This document shows, piece after piece, positions 46,165 through 56,729 of a DNA stretch of 64,000 nucleotides. A program made the translations under genes and the position numbers. The stretch is from Patescibacteria group bacterium (GTDB lineage: Bacteria > Patescibacteriota > Patescibacteriia > UBA9934 > GWF2-40-263). Each line of letters starts with the position of its first letter. Positions within the stretch are counted from its first letter, which is position 1. The notes under the pieces were generated by a model. That model saw nothing but the letters and a program-made list of their open reading frames with translations, did not search any database and was not told where the DNA came from. The stretch lies in the NCBI GenBank assembly GCA_004297215.1, contig SCUM01000001.1, forward strand, positions 678,716 to 742,715. Reading direction: 5' to 3'.

Positions 46165-46836
46165 CTAGAACGATAGTCGGCGGCGACGGCGCTCCTCCTG
46201 GGTCGCGGCCGGACGGGCCGGCTTCTTGCCGCCGGGCATCACGCCAGGACCGCCGACCCCTTCCGGGCTGTCCGTCGAGCGCTCAAGCGCCACGCGCACG
46301 TCTTCCTGGGCCTTGGCGCTCTTCAGGCGCATGCCGCCGAGCAGGTAGCGCTTCTTGTCGTCGGAGAGGTTCACGAACCGGTCGGCGGCCTCCACCGACT
46401 TGCTGGAAGAGGTCTCGCGGAACCCCATCACCTCCACGATGCGGCCGCGGTTCTTCGCGTAATCGATGAGCGGCTCGAAATCGCCGTCGCCGGACACGAT
46501 CACCACCACGTCGAGCATGTCGAGCATGCGGATCACGTCCACGGCGAGCCCCACGTCCCAGTCCGCCTTCTTCTGGCCGCTCGTGTACTCCATCAGTTCC
46601 TTCTGGCGCAGCTCGATTCCCTCCTTTTGCAGCGCCTCGAAGAACGGCTGTTCCTCCTGGCCCTTCGTGCTCACCACGTAGGCGGTGGCGCGGATGAGGC
46701 GGCGGTCGGCCACGGCGTCTTCCACGATGTTCTTGAAATTCACCTTGCTCCCGAACAGGTAGCGGGCGCTGTAGTACATGTTCTGCGTGTCGATGAACAC
46801 GCCTACGCGTTGGTCCGGATGTTGCGAAGATGCCAT
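46165..46836 (-). CDS. NYN/LabA-like PIN-fold domain protein.
   Basis: GVFIDTQNMYYSAR...DVVVIVSGDGDFEPL. Confidence 0.65.
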   Translation of the reverse strand: MASSQHPDQRVGVFIDTQNMYYSARYLFGSKVNFKNIVEDAVADRRLIRATAYVVSTKGQEEQPFFEALQKEGIELRQKELMEYTSGQKKADWDVGLAVDVIRMLDMLDVVVIVSGDGDFEPLIDYAKNRGRIVEVMGFRETSSSKSVEAADRFVNLSDDKKRYLLGGMRLKSAKAQEDVRVALERSTDSPEGVGGPGVMPGGKKPARPAATQEERRRRRLSF

Positions 46837-46874
46837 AGGACGAGCAAGCCCCCGCACGAGGGCGGGGGTTTGCC

Positions 46875-47138
46875 TTACTTCAATTCAAGTTCTTTCTTGA
46901 GCTTGTCGGACGCCTTCGCGTCCTCGCGTTCGAGGTACTTGAGCAGGCGTCGGCGCTCGTTCACCTTCTTGATGAGCCCGCGGCGGCTCGAGTAGTCCTT
47001 CTTGTGCTCCTTGAGGTGCTTGGTGAGCATCCCGACCTCGCTCGTGAGGATCGCGATCTGCACCTGCGGGGAGCCGGTGTCGGACGCGTGCGTCCGGAAC
47101 TTCTCGATGATCTTCTGCTTGGCCTTCACGTCCATCAT
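46875..47138 (-). CDS. rpsO: 30S ribosomal protein S15.
   Basis: 88 aa. [34 protein letters not shown]. Confidence 0.9.
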   Translation of the reverse strand: MMDVKAKQKIIEKFRTHASDTGSPQVQIAILTSEVGMLTKHLKEHKKDYSSRRGLIKKVNERRRLLKYLEREDAKASDKLKKELELK

Positions 47139-47316
47139 ATGCGTCGCGACCGTCCGAGAAGGGGTTGCCGACCCGCTTCCAAGACCGGCGCCTAAAGGAT
47201 TTAATGCGTTGAGACTACCAGGAGCAGCCTGTCTCGTCAATGCCGAGACCGCCTTAGGGCTTGACGGGATCGGGAAAAACGGGTAGGATTTTCCGTTGCG
47301 TGGAAGGAGGTATCCC

Positions 47317-47706
47317 ATGGAAGTCTCCCGCGACGGAACGCTCGTTCATCTCCTGTTCCGGCAGACGACGATTCAGCATATAGCCCTGCCCTTTTCAGCC
47401 CATTCGATGCAGACGGCGGCCGTGGCATTCGTCGCACCGGAAGGCTATGCGTTCGCCGACGGCCTGGAGGCGCTGCGCGACGCCAAGCTGAGTCTGCTCC
47501 TCCCGGACGGGTCTGCGTACCGCTGCAGGCTCGACGTCGCACAGCACAGCGCGGACCGGGTCGGCGGACGCCGTCGGGCGTTCGGCCTCATCTCCACCCC
47601 CCTGCCTCCGTTCAGGGATCTCCCCAAGGACACCGTGGTGCTCCTTGAGGATCGGCAAGGGACGATGCGGTTCTTCCCTTTCGAACGGCTGCGCAAGACC
47701 GGGTGA
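47317..47706 (+). CDS. Hypothetical protein.
   Basis: GGAGG lies 8 nt upstream of the ATG. About 130 aa. Confidence 0.4.
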   Translation: MEVSRDGTLVHLLFRQTTIQHIALPFSAHSMQTAAVAFVAPEGYAFADGLEALRDAKLSLLLPDGSAYRCRLDVAQHSADRVGGRRRAFGLISTPLPPFRDLPKDTVVLLEDRQGTMRFFPFERLRKTG

Positions 47707-47754
47707 CGACCGCCGCCTCTACAAGCCGGCGGCTTTTCTTTATACTGCTCCCAT

Positions 47755-48879
47755 ATGGCCGATCGCGAATCTTTTTCCTACGCCCCGTCTACCGAGGAAC
47801 CGACGAAGAACGAGCTGCCGAAAGAAGCCGCCGTCATTCCTGCCGTTGAGGAAGTAACGAAGGCGGGCGCCGTTCCGGAAATCTCTCCCGAGGTCATTCG
47901 GAAGGAAGCGGCGGAGCTCGTAAGGGAGAAAGCAAAGGGAGAAGAGAAGCCCGCCCTGCCTCCTAGGCCTGAACGGACGATGGAAGACGATGAATTGGAA
48001 GAGCTCGGGAAGGTCATGCATGACGCCATCATGGGGAAACATCGCGAGACGGCTTCCGTGGAAGCCGGGAATCCGAAGTTGCCGGGGGAAGCGCGCATGG
48101 CCATGACCCTGGCCGTGCGAGACATGGCAAAAGAGCTGATGTCGAAGCTGGACCAGAAGGACCAAAGGCGGCTTGAGCTGGCACAGGCGCTCGTGAAGAA
48201 CGCCGAGGAGATGGCGAGTCTCGGCACGGTTATCTGGTTCGACAAGGGCGCAAAGGTGCCGGCGGACCTGGACGCGAAGGTGGAGGAGATCAGGGCCCGA
48301 TTCGCCGCAGAAGAACAGGCGAAGGAACAGGCAATCGAGGCGGAACGCGCAACGCCCGAATACCAGGCGCGACTCGCCTCCCAACAGAGAGAGATGGATG
48401 AAATAGTGTCGGAGTTGCAAAAAAAAGGAAAACAAAGCCTTTCTGAAAAAAAGCTTCTGAAGCATTTGGGAAGACCGTCGGAAGCGGAAGGGATCGCGAA
48501 GGGCATCCTTGAGCAAAAACCGGCAGGCCCCACTGAAGCGTTGATGGATGAGCTTGAGTCGAGGCCCGCGGCAACTCCCCTCGCCGAGGTGGGACCAGAA
48601 GACAAGACGTTCGTTCCAGAGAAACCGTTTTTCGGTGAGTCGACGAAGATCTCAACGCTCCCGACGGAGACGGTGGACGAACAGCAGGCGCGCATTCGCG
48701 CGGACGTGGAGGCACAGGACGTAAACCGCGTCTTCGGCGCCGTTCAAGGAGAGCGATCGATGGACGCGGGGAAGGTCCCACGAGGCGTGGAAATGATGAC
48801 TCGGGCCATGGACGCGATGGAGGGAAAGGAAAATGAACCCGAAGAGGACGAGGAGAAACCGCAAACGAAGGCCGCTTAG
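47755..48879 (+). CDS. Hypothetical Glu/Lys/Ala-rich protein.
   Basis: 374 aa. Sense-strand composition is normal, whereas the antisense ORFs are Arg/Gly-rich artefacts. Confidence 0.5.
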   Translation: MADRESFSYAPSTEEPTKNELPKEAAVIPAVEEVTKAGAVPEISPEVIRKEAAELVREKAKGEEKPALPPRPERTMEDDELEELGKVMHDAIMGKHRETASVEAGNPKLPGEARMAMTLAVRDMAKELMSKLDQKDQRRLELAQALVKNAEEMASLGTVIWFDKGAKVPADLDAKVEEIRARFAAEEQAKEQAIEAERATPEYQARLASQQREMDEIVSELQKKGKQSLSEKKLLKHLGRPSEAEGIAKGILEQKPAGPTEALMDELESRPAATPLAEVGPEDKTFVPEKPFFGESTKISTLPTETVDEQQARIRADVEAQDVNRVFGAVQGERSMDAGKVPRGVEMMTRAMDAMEGKENEPEEDEEKPQTKAA

Positions 48880-48934
48880 CGCGGAGATCAAAACTCCCCC
48901 GACACGGCGTCGGGGGAGTTTCGTTTCCATGAGC

Positions 48935-49711
48935 CTAGAGCGCCGCGTCGACAGCCGCTTTCACGCTCTCGAACGGGAGCGCGCCGCGGATTTCCTGGAT
49001 GGAGCCGTCCGAGCCGATGACGAACGAGCCCGGGGTGCCGGAGACGCCGGCCGTGGCGCCTGATGCGGCCTGGGCGCGGATCTTGGCGAGGGCCCTGTCG
49101 GAGGAAAGGCAGGTGTCGAACTTGCCCTTGTTGAGCCCGAGGTCGGCGGCGATCTTCGCGTAGGTCGCGGCGCCCAGCACGGCCTGGTTCTCGATGAGCT
49201 TGTCGCCATACTCCCAGAACTTGCCCTGCTCGCCCGCGCACTCGGCAGCCTCGGCGGCCGGCTCGGCCTCCGGATGGAACGAGAGCGGGAAGTGACGGTA
49301 CACCCAGCGGACTTCGCCGGCGTACTCGGTCATGATTTGCTGCATGGTGGGGTGGAAGCGGGCGCAGAACGGGCACTGGAAGTCGGAGTATTCGACGATG
49401 GTCACCTTGGCGTCCTTGTCGCCGCGGATCCAGTCGTCGTCGCTCACGGGCGGGACCGGACCTGCCGTGTCAGCCGGGAGATTGCCGACGTCGGTGGGCG
49501 CGGCAGCCACCGTGGTGCCGGCGCTGGGGAGCTCGCAGGTGCCCTTGAGCAGGCATCCGCCGAGCAGGAGGAATCCGAGCGTGCCTAGCGAGAGCACGGC
49601 CGTGACCATCCCAAGGCCGAAGGCGGTCTTCGGGGGGAGCGTGTCGAGGAACCCACCTTCGCCGTGGCTTCGGCGGGCTGGCATCACGGGGGGCATGTGT
49701 CCGGTCTCCAT
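48935..49711 (-). CDS. DsbA-like thiol:disulfide oxidoreductase (thioredoxin fold), membrane-anchored.
   Basis: FQCPFC CxxC motif. N-terminal transmembrane helix. Start choice is uncertain. Confidence 0.65.
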   Translation of the reverse strand: METGHMPPVMPARRSHGEGGFLDTLPPKTAFGLGMVTAVLSLGTLGFLLLGGCLLKGTCELPSAGTTVAAAPTDVGNLPADTAGPVPPVSDDDWIRGDKDAKVTIVEYSDFQCPFCARFHPTMQQIMTEYAGEVRWVYRHFPLSFHPEAEPAAEAAECAGEQGKFWEYGDKLIENQAVLGAATYAKIAADLGLNKGKFDTCLSSDRALAKIRAQAASGATAGVSGTPGSFVIGSDGSIQEIRGALPFESVKAAVDAAL

Positions 49712-49791
49712 AGGTGTGGATAATTCGTTGCGAATGAGGGCATGGTAACACATCGCCCTCGGATGCAAAGCGTTGCGAGGAAATGTCGGTT

Positions 49792-50580
49792 TTAAGTCTT
49801 CGCGCCGGCCCATGCGAGGTCGAACGCCATACGCATCATTCCCGCGATGGTCGGATCCTCGATGATGATGCCAATGAGGACATTTTCGTGGAAATTGATG
49901 ATGGAAACGCCGTTTTTCCCGAATACGGTGATTTCGGCATTGTATGGGAACGATTCAGCCGGGACGTATCTGGCCTGAACGAAGAACTTTTTGGCCACTT
50001 CGTCGTACACGTTCTTGTTGTAGCTTCGGCTGAATGGGGTGTCGGGAAAGATGGCGCGCGTGGTAATGCCGAGTTTTTCCTTCCGCTCCACGTATCGCTC
50101 GACGAATTTCGGCGGGAGGACCTTCATCAAGTCCTCGACATTGCTGTACGCCAGCATCTCGTACGGCTGCGGCTGGTTCACGTGCTCCTCATAGACGGCG
50201 ATTACGCCCTCGATCCCCTCGAAGAACCGCACACGAGGTTTGTTGGGCGTCTGCGAAAGAAGCCCTTCAAGCTCGGGCATGATTTTTTGTGCAAAGGCGT
50301 ACTGCTCTTCCGCAAGTGCAATCTGCTTTTTTGCGTACCCCTTCAAACGCGCCGGATCCTCGACTTGGTAACACAGCTTCTTGTTGCGCTCGATTTCCGT
50401 GACTAAGCCATCGAGCCGCAAGGTTTCCAACACGTTATAGACCGTGCTGCGGTTCAATTTGGTCGTTTGGGCGATTTTAGAAGGATAGGCCAATCCAGCT
50501 TCCAAAACAGCCGCATATACGGCCGAGGCCTTGTCGGACAACCCCGCTTTTTTGAGGTCGGCAATGAGAGAGGGATTCAT
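49792..50580 (-). CDS. TrmB-family transcriptional regulator.
   Basis: N-terminal wHTH (LSDKASAVYAAVLEAGLAYPSKIAQTTKLNRSTVYNVLETL). Confidence 0.65.
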   Translation of the reverse strand: MNPSLIADLKKAGLSDKASAVYAAVLEAGLAYPSKIAQTTKLNRSTVYNVLETLRLDGLVTEIERNKKLCYQVEDPARLKGYAKKQIALAEEQYAFAQKIMPELEGLLSQTPNKPRVRFFEGIEGVIAVYEEHVNQPQPYEMLAYSNVEDLMKVLPPKFVERYVERKEKLGITTRAIFPDTPFSRSYNKNVYDEVAKKFFVQARYVPAESFPYNAEITVFGKNGVSIINFHENVLIGIIIEDPTIAGMMRMAFDLAWAGAKT

Positions 50581-50787
50581 ACTGATTTTAGACTACCAGC
50601 TTCTCCAAATTTTGTCAATCTAAACCCACAAAAATAGACCATTAAGAATAAATTGGCTGACTTTAGATAAAATAATAAATCAGAGTTGGGATTATGGATT
50701 GACAAAAGTATCAAAATATGATAAGTTGTTATCAACGATGAGGAGAGAGACTCGTCGTTAGAACCATCAAAACACAGGAGAGCGAAG

Positions 50788-51441
50788 ATGAAGATTCTCG
50801 TGATTGAAGATAAGGAAATCCACCAGAATTCTGCCCGCGAGACCCTTCAGGGCCACGATGTCACCATCGTCGGATCGTACGACGAGGCGGTGAAAGCCAT
50901 CCGCGAGCCGTATCCGTCGAAGCCCCTCGAATTCGACGCGGTGCTCACTGACATGAATCTGCCGATGAGCAAGGAGACGTTGACTCCGGATGTCTTCAAG
51001 GCCGACGAGCAGGTTCCCTACGGCCTCGTGCTCGCGTTGATGGCGGCCCATCGTGGCGCGAAGTTCGTCGCCATGGTGACCGACACCAACCACCACAAAG
51101 GCGCCATGAGCGCGGCGCTCGACTGCCTTGGCCCGAGTTACTACACGGACGAATACAGTGAAGGCATGATCAAGCGCTTCGAGATCAATGGTTGCAAAGC
51201 CGTGTTCGTTCATGCTCCGTTCCTGACGGATTCCTATCCTGACTCTGGTTGTCCCTGCGAGGATGGGTTGTGTAGCATTTGCCGCGGGACGTTGATGTCC
51301 TACGGCAAACCGTGTCGGTGTACGGAAGATGATCAAAATCAGGCCGGAAAATGCTACAGCTGCCACGGGACCCTCAAATATACGCGGGAGGTTAAAGAGC
51401 GGAAGGATTGGGGCAAGGTGCTTTCCTATCTCAAAGGATGA
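50788..51441 (+). CDS. Response-regulator receiver domain fused to a Cys-rich C-terminal domain.
   Basis: REC motifs (MKILVIEDKE...VLTDMNLP). C-terminus CPCEDGLCSICRG...CRC...CYSCHG. Confidence 0.65.
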   Translation: MKILVIEDKEIHQNSARETLQGHDVTIVGSYDEAVKAIREPYPSKPLEFDAVLTDMNLPMSKETLTPDVFKADEQVPYGLVLALMAAHRGAKFVAMVTDTNHHKGAMSAALDCLGPSYYTDEYSEGMIKRFEINGCKAVFVHAPFLTDSYPDSGCPCEDGLCSICRGTLMSYGKPCRCTEDDQNQAGKCYSCHGTLKYTREVKERKDWGKVLSYLKG

Positions 51442-51632
51442 TCTCACACGAGGAGGAGACTGGTTCTCAGTCTCCTCCCCTCAAATCAGCGCCTCAAGCA
51501 ATCCCGCTTGAGCCCTGACAGAGGAAATTCCCGTATACCCGGACATTTCTATTTCCTGTTTACATTCATGACACATTGCTTGTGCTCAAGAGACGCTTTA
51601 GATAATCTATGCGTAATTGACATAATCCCTTT

Positions 51633-52766
51633 ATGAATCGCCATGGCATTCAGGCAATCGGGGTCGCGGCATGTCTCCTGCTTACCGGCGCGGGCTGTAC
51701 GAGCTATTTCACCACCGCCCCCGCACGACAAGTGAGCGATCAGGGTCCGATTAAGATCGGTTTCATCGGTCCGTTGACCGGCGACGTGGCTTCCATCGGC
51801 GTCATCGCCCAGGCGGGGGCGCAGGTCGCCCAGGACGAGATCAATGCCGCTGGTGGCATCAATGGGCGTCAGGTGCAGGTGATTTTTGAAGACGGCAAAT
51901 GCAATGCCGCCGCGGCGACGGATGCGGCGAACAAGCTCATCAACGTGGATCGTGTGGCGGCGATCAGCGGCGGGCTGTGCTCGACGGAAACGTCGGCGTT
52001 CGGTCCGGCGGCCATGCAGAACAAGATGCCGGTGATTTCGTATTGTTCTTCCGCTCCGACCCTGACCGGGCTCGGCAAATATTTTTTCCGCACCTATCCG
52101 TCCGACGCGTTCCAAGGGACATTCGCGGCCGAATACGCCTACAACACCCTGCGCGCGCGAAAGGTTTCGATCCTGTATCATGTGTCTGACATCGGGAATG
52201 GCCTTAAGGACAGGTTCACGGCCCGATTCCAGGAACTCGGTGGCCAGATCGCGGGCGTCGAAGGTTCCGCCCAGGACAACAAGGACTACCGCACGCAGCT
52301 CGCCAAGGTGAAGGCCTCCAATCCGGACCTGGTGTACGCGCCGATGTACCCGGACGGCGGGACGGCGATGGTGAAGCAGTATGCGGAACTCGGATTGAAG
52401 GCGAAGATCCTCGCCATTGACGCCTGGGCCGACCCGAAGCTCCAGCAGGCGGTAAGCGGGAAGGCGGACATCCAGTACGTCGAGGTCGTCATGCCCACGT
52501 CTGAGGAATTCAATGCCAAAATCCTTGAGAAGACGAAAGGGACTGACGTCACCGTCTGCGGTTCACAATCCTATGACACCATGAAGATCCTCGCCCAGGT
52601 GATCGGGCAGGTCGGGACGGACCCGGACAAGATGGCGGATGCCCTGCACAAGGTGGATTACCAGGGTGCCTCCGGCCACGTCAGTTTCGACCAGAACGGG
52701 GATCTCACCACCGCCCAATATCTCATCAAGGAAATCGTTGGCGGCAAGGGAGTGCCTGTCGAATAA
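51633..52766 (+). CDS. livK: Branched-chain amino-acid ABC transporter substrate-binding lipoprotein (LivJ/K family).
   Basis: Lipobox LTGAGC. Periplasmic binding protein type I features. Confidence 0.8.
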   Translation: MNRHGIQAIGVAACLLLTGAGCTSYFTTAPARQVSDQGPIKIGFIGPLTGDVASIGVIAQAGAQVAQDEINAAGGINGRQVQVIFEDGKCNAAAATDAANKLINVDRVAAISGGLCSTETSAFGPAAMQNKMPVISYCSSAPTLTGLGKYFFRTYPSDAFQGTFAAEYAYNTLRARKVSILYHVSDIGNGLKDRFTARFQELGGQIAGVEGSAQDNKDYRTQLAKVKASNPDLVYAPMYPDGGTAMVKQYAELGLKAKILAIDAWADPKLQQAVSGKADIQYVEVVMPTSEEFNAKILEKTKGTDVTVCGSQSYDTMKILAQVIGQVGTDPDKMADALHKVDYQGASGHVSFDQNGDLTTAQYLIKEIVGGKGVPVE

Positions 52767-52825
52767 GGATCGACTTCGACGGCAGAGAGCACGGGACATC
52801 CCGTGCTCTCTGCCTGTCCGCGCCT

Positions 52826-53689
52826 ATGGAAGCGGCCGCACAGGTCATCATAAACGGGATCATCGCCGCCGGCATGTATGCGATCATGGCCATGGCGTTT
52901 CATCTGGTGTACGGCGTTGGCCGATATTTCCATCTGGCCTTGGGCGCCTTTGCCTTGGTCGGCGGCTATGCCATGTTGTGGTGTTTGCGCGCATCCTGGC
53001 CGATCTGGATCGCCATGATCGTGAGCATTCTTGTCGCAGGGATGGTCGGATGGGCCTGTGACAGGTCCGTCTTTCGCCCATTACGAGCTCGTCGAGCATC
53101 GCCGCTCGTATCGATAGTGGCTTCCCTGGGGCTTCTCATATTTCTCCAGGCGATTCTGGCGCTTTCTTTCAGCGTGGAGTTCCGATCCTACCCCGTGACA
53201 TTGTTTGAAGGGTCTCTTGAGATGGGCGGCGGCGTTATCACCTGGACGCAGCTTACGATCGTCGTGTCTGCCGTCGCCTGTTTCGCGGCCCTGCGCTTGT
53301 TTCTCACGAGGACGAAATACGGATGCGCGGTCAGGGCCGTGAGCGACGACGTCGAAGTTGCAACCATGATCGGGATCGACGTGGAGCGCGTGATGGGACT
53401 TGTCGCTTTTTTGGCCGCATGCCTTTCCGGGCTTGCCGGAATCCTGACCGGCTTTGATCTCGGCCTTCAGCCTACCATGGGCCTGGCCCTGATCCTCAAG
53501 GGAGCCGTTGCCGGCGTCATCGGAGGCCTCGGGACGTTGAACGGCGCCCTGCTCGGGGCCGCGTTCCTGGGCGTCCTCGAAAACGTCGGGATCTGGTTCA
53601 TCGCGAGCCAATGGAAGGATACCATCACCTATGGGGCGCTCATCGTCTTTTTGGTTGCTCGTCCGCGCGGCATCTTGTCGAAACGCTGA
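52826..53689 (+). CDS. livH: Branched-chain amino-acid ABC transporter permease (LivH family).
   Basis: Multi-transmembrane ORF. Confidence 0.8.
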   Translation: MEAAAQVIINGIIAAGMYAIMAMAFHLVYGVGRYFHLALGAFALVGGYAMLWCLRASWPIWIAMIVSILVAGMVGWACDRSVFRPLRARRASPLVSIVASLGLLIFLQAILALSFSVEFRSYPVTLFEGSLEMGGGVITWTQLTIVVSAVACFAALRLFLTRTKYGCAVRAVSDDVEVATMIGIDVERVMGLVAFLAACLSGLAGILTGFDLGLQPTMGLALILKGAVAGVIGGLGTLNGALLGAAFLGVLENVGIWFIASQWKDTITYGALIVFLVARPRGILSKR

Positions 53690-53691
53690 CT

Positions 53692-54558
53692 ATGGACTTT
53701 CTCCTCCATGTCATGACCATTTCCGCGATCTTCGGGATTTTGGCGTTGGGATTGAACATCATCGTGGGCAATACGGGATTGATCTCGGTAGCGCATGCGG
53801 GATTTTTCGGCATCGGAGCCTATGCGGCCGCAATCACGATGACGCTGTACCACGCCGGCTTCACGACCGCACTCTTCTGTGGGATCGTCGTCGCCGGGGT
53901 CACGGCCCTTCTCACCGGTCTCTTGTTGAGCGGCTTGAGAGGCGATTATTTCGTGCTGGGGACCTTGGGGTTCAATGCCATCGTATACGGCGTCATGTTG
54001 AATCTGGATTCCCTCACGCGCGGACCGCTCGGCATCCCCGGCATCCCCCGACCGGCCCTGTTTGGCATGACCCTGCTCCAGCCGTTCCCGTACTTCCTGT
54101 TCGTGCTGTTTTTTCTGGTCCTGATCTCGCTCGTCTTTTCGTACGTCACTCGTATGCCGTTCGGCCGCGTGCTCAAAGCGATCCGGGAGGACGAGGAGGC
54201 CTTGCGGGTGTTCGGCTACCGCGTCCTGCGGTTCAAGCTTGCCGCGTTCGTGCTCGCGGCCATGATCGCCGCGGTCGCCGGGGCCCTCTACGCGACCTAT
54301 ATCCGTTTCGTGGATCCGTCCGCGTTCGTCGTCCTGGTTTCCGTGAACGTGCTCGTGATGATCATTCTCGGCGGCCTTGCCACGCTTCGCGGCTCGATCG
54401 CCGGGGCGGTCATGTTCATCGGCCTGTATGAGAGCGTTCGATTCCTCGGGTTTTCGCCCGACACGGCCGGACAAATGCGAGAAGCCGTCGTGGGCCTCAT
54501 GCTCCTCCTCTTGATGCTGTTCCGACCGCGCGGCCTGTTCGGCGAATTCAAGCTATGA
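53692..54558 (+). CDS. livM: Branched-chain amino-acid ABC transporter permease (LivM family).
   Basis: Multi-transmembrane ORF. Confidence 0.8.
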   Translation: MDFLLHVMTISAIFGILALGLNIIVGNTGLISVAHAGFFGIGAYAAAITMTLYHAGFTTALFCGIVVAGVTALLTGLLLSGLRGDYFVLGTLGFNAIVYGVMLNLDSLTRGPLGIPGIPRPALFGMTLLQPFPYFLFVLFFLVLISLVFSYVTRMPFGRVLKAIREDEEALRVFGYRVLRFKLAAFVLAAMIAAVAGALYATYIRFVDPSAFVVLVSVNVLVMIILGGLATLRGSIAGAVMFIGLYESVRFLGFSPDTAGQMREAVVGLMLLLLMLFRPRGLFGEFKL

Positions 54559-55313
54559 TGCGCCCCGTATCCAATGGGAATGCCGCCGTTGAACTCCGGA
54601 CGCTCTCCAAGCGTTTCGGCGGCGTTCATGCCTTGAACCGCCTGTCGCTCGGGATTCGCCGCAGCGCGATTACGGGAATCATCGGGCCGAACGGTTCTGG
54701 AAAAAGCACGCTCGTCAACCTGCTGACGGGCCTGCTCGTGCCGACGTCAGGCACGATTGCCATTCATGGGCTGGTCGTCCCGCTGCCGCTGCGCCCGTCT
54801 GACCTGCCAACCTACGGACTCACGCGCACGTTTCAGGACGTTCGTATCTTCGAGCAGATGAGCGTGATGGATAATGTTCTCGTTGTGTTGACGCCGCGTG
54901 GCGTCTGCCAATCGCTGCTCCGCCGATTGCCGCACGCCTCCCTCACCCGTGCGCAGGCCGTGCTCACCCGAGTCGGGTTGTGGGAGAAACGGACGGAGCT
55001 GGCCAGCCGCTGTTCGTACGGGCAGCGCAAGCTGTTGGAAATCGCTCGCGTGCTCGCCATGGACGCGGACATCTATCTTTTTGACGAACCGTTCGCGGGG
55101 TTGTTTCCGGAGAAGATCAAAGAAATATCAGGCCTATTCAGGGAATTGAAAGCCGCGGGAAAGACGGTCGTGCTCATCGAGCACAACATGGGCCTCATCC
55201 GCGAGCTGTCCGACGAGCTGATCGTCATGGATGCCGGGGAGCTCCTGGCCCAAGGCACGGCGGACGCGGTGCTTTCGCGCCGCGACGTCGTCGAGGCGTA
55301 TCTGGGGGATTGA
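54555..55313 (+). CDS. livG: ABC transporter ATP-binding protein (LivG family).
   Basis: Walker A GPNGSGKST, signature and Walker B IYLFDEP. Confidence 0.85.
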   Translation: MMRPVSNGNAAVELRTLSKRFGGVHALNRLSLGIRRSAITGIIGPNGSGKSTLVNLLTGLLVPTSGTIAIHGLVVPLPLRPSDLPTYGLTRTFQDVRIFEQMSVMDNVLVVLTPRGVCQSLLRRLPHASLTRAQAVLTRVGLWEKRTELASRCSYGQRKLLEIARVLAMDADIYLFDEPFAGLFPEKIKEISGLFRELKAAGKTVVLIEHNMGLIRELSDELIVMDAGELLAQGTADAVLSRRDVVEAYLGD

Positions 55314-55314
55314 T

Positions 55315-56037
55315 ATGACAAGGGATGTATTGCTCCGCCTTGAACACGCCACCGTCGCCTACGACAAGCTCCCGATCCTTGAGGATGTTTCGGTCGCTCT
55401 GGACGAGGGGGAAATCGTTGCGCTGATGGGACCGAACGGAGCGGGAAAGTCTACCGTGCTCAAGACGATTTTCGGGATGACGCGGTTGCTGGAGGGTACG
55501 GTGCGTTGGCATGACGCGCCGTTCCATCCCCTGCCCCACCGGGCCGTAAGAATGGGAATCGCCTTCGTTCCGCAGGGTCGGCGGGTGTTTCCCAGCCTGA
55601 GCGTTGAGGAGAATTTGGCAATCGGCGCATTCACGGTCGACGACCGCCAGGAAGCGCATCGTCGCATGGAGGAGGTGATGGGATCATTTCCCGTGCTGCG
55701 TCAGAAGCGACACGACCCGTCGGGCACGCTCTCGGGCGGGCAGCAGCAGATGCTCGCGATCGCGCGCGGCCTCATGGCGGATCCCAAGGTATTGCTCCTG
55801 GACGAACCTTCACTCGGCCTTTCACCAAAACTGGTTAAGGAAGTTTTTGCCATGATCCAGGAAATCAACATCCGCCACAAAACCGCAATCATGGTCGTGG
55901 AACATAATTTGAAGTCCTTGTTCGACATCGTCGACCGAGCCTACTTGCTCGATCGCGGTCGCGTGGTCGCTCATGGGGATCCAGGGGAGATACGCAAGAG
56001 CGGCATGCTGGAGAAGATTTTCATGGGGAAAGGATGA
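55315..56037 (+). CDS. livF: ABC transporter ATP-binding protein (LivF family).
   Basis: GPNGAGKST, LSGGQQQ, LLLDEPS. Confidence 0.85.
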   Translation: MTRDVLLRLEHATVAYDKLPILEDVSVALDEGEIVALMGPNGAGKSTVLKTIFGMTRLLEGTVRWHDAPFHPLPHRAVRMGIAFVPQGRRVFPSLSVEENLAIGAFTVDDRQEAHRRMEEVMGSFPVLRQKRHDPSGTLSGGQQQMLAIARGLMADPKVLLLDEPSLGLSPKLVKEVFAMIQEINIRHKTAIMVVEHNLKSLFDIVDRAYLLDRGRVVAHGDPGEIRKSGMLEKIFMGKG

Positions 56038-56168
56038 TTTTCGAGATAACAGACGGCGTTTTCTAAAGGATCATCCCAAAGCGGCCAGCCCTCCTGGCCG
56101 CTTTTGCTTTCACGCGAACATGGGAGGTTCAACCTCCCAAATCTAGTGTATCCTTATCGTAAGAACCT

Positions 56169-56654
56169 ATGTCGATGGAAACCAAAGGCCCTGGGCAGGA
56201 GGTCATCACGCCGGACATGGAGGCGGCGAAGGCGCGAGTCATCTCGTATTTGAATTCCGGCAAGGCGGATAACGCAAAAAGAGTAAGCGACGCGGCCGGG
56301 CTGACACCTGAAATATTGCAATCTCAAGAGATCCGAGATGCCTTGAAGAGGCAAATTGTCGAGAATTTTTCTTGGGGCATCTTACACGTCGCTGCTGACC
56401 AGCAAGCGATGTTCCCACTGCCCGAGAAGGAATATCTCGCGGCGGCCCTGGAAGGGACGATTGACGCGCTATCCAACGGGCACATTGACAAGATCGAATT
56501 CATCAAGAGGACCGAGCCGGATTTTCCCAAGGACCTCCTTCAGTCCGCTGAGCTTAGGGCCGCGGCCGAGAAAGGGGTCGAGGTGCTGGTCGCGAAGGGG
56601 GAGTCGAGAGCCCGTGCCGAGGAGATGGTCCGCCAGCTGTTCGAAGAGAAATAG
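56169..56654 (+). CDS. Hypothetical protein.
   Basis: 161-aa ORF with normal composition. Confidence 0.5.
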   Translation: MSMETKGPGQEVITPDMEAAKARVISYLNSGKADNAKRVSDAAGLTPEILQSQEIRDALKRQIVENFSWGILHVAADQQAMFPLPEKEYLAAALEGTIDALSNGHIDKIEFIKRTEPDFPKDLLQSAELRAAAEKGVEVLVAKGESRARAEEMVRQLFEEK

Positions 56655-56729
56655 TCAGCGGAGACGGCCAGGAAACTCTCCTGGCCGCTGATCCATTGTT
56701 CCATACGGAACAGCTAATCTTCATTCCGC

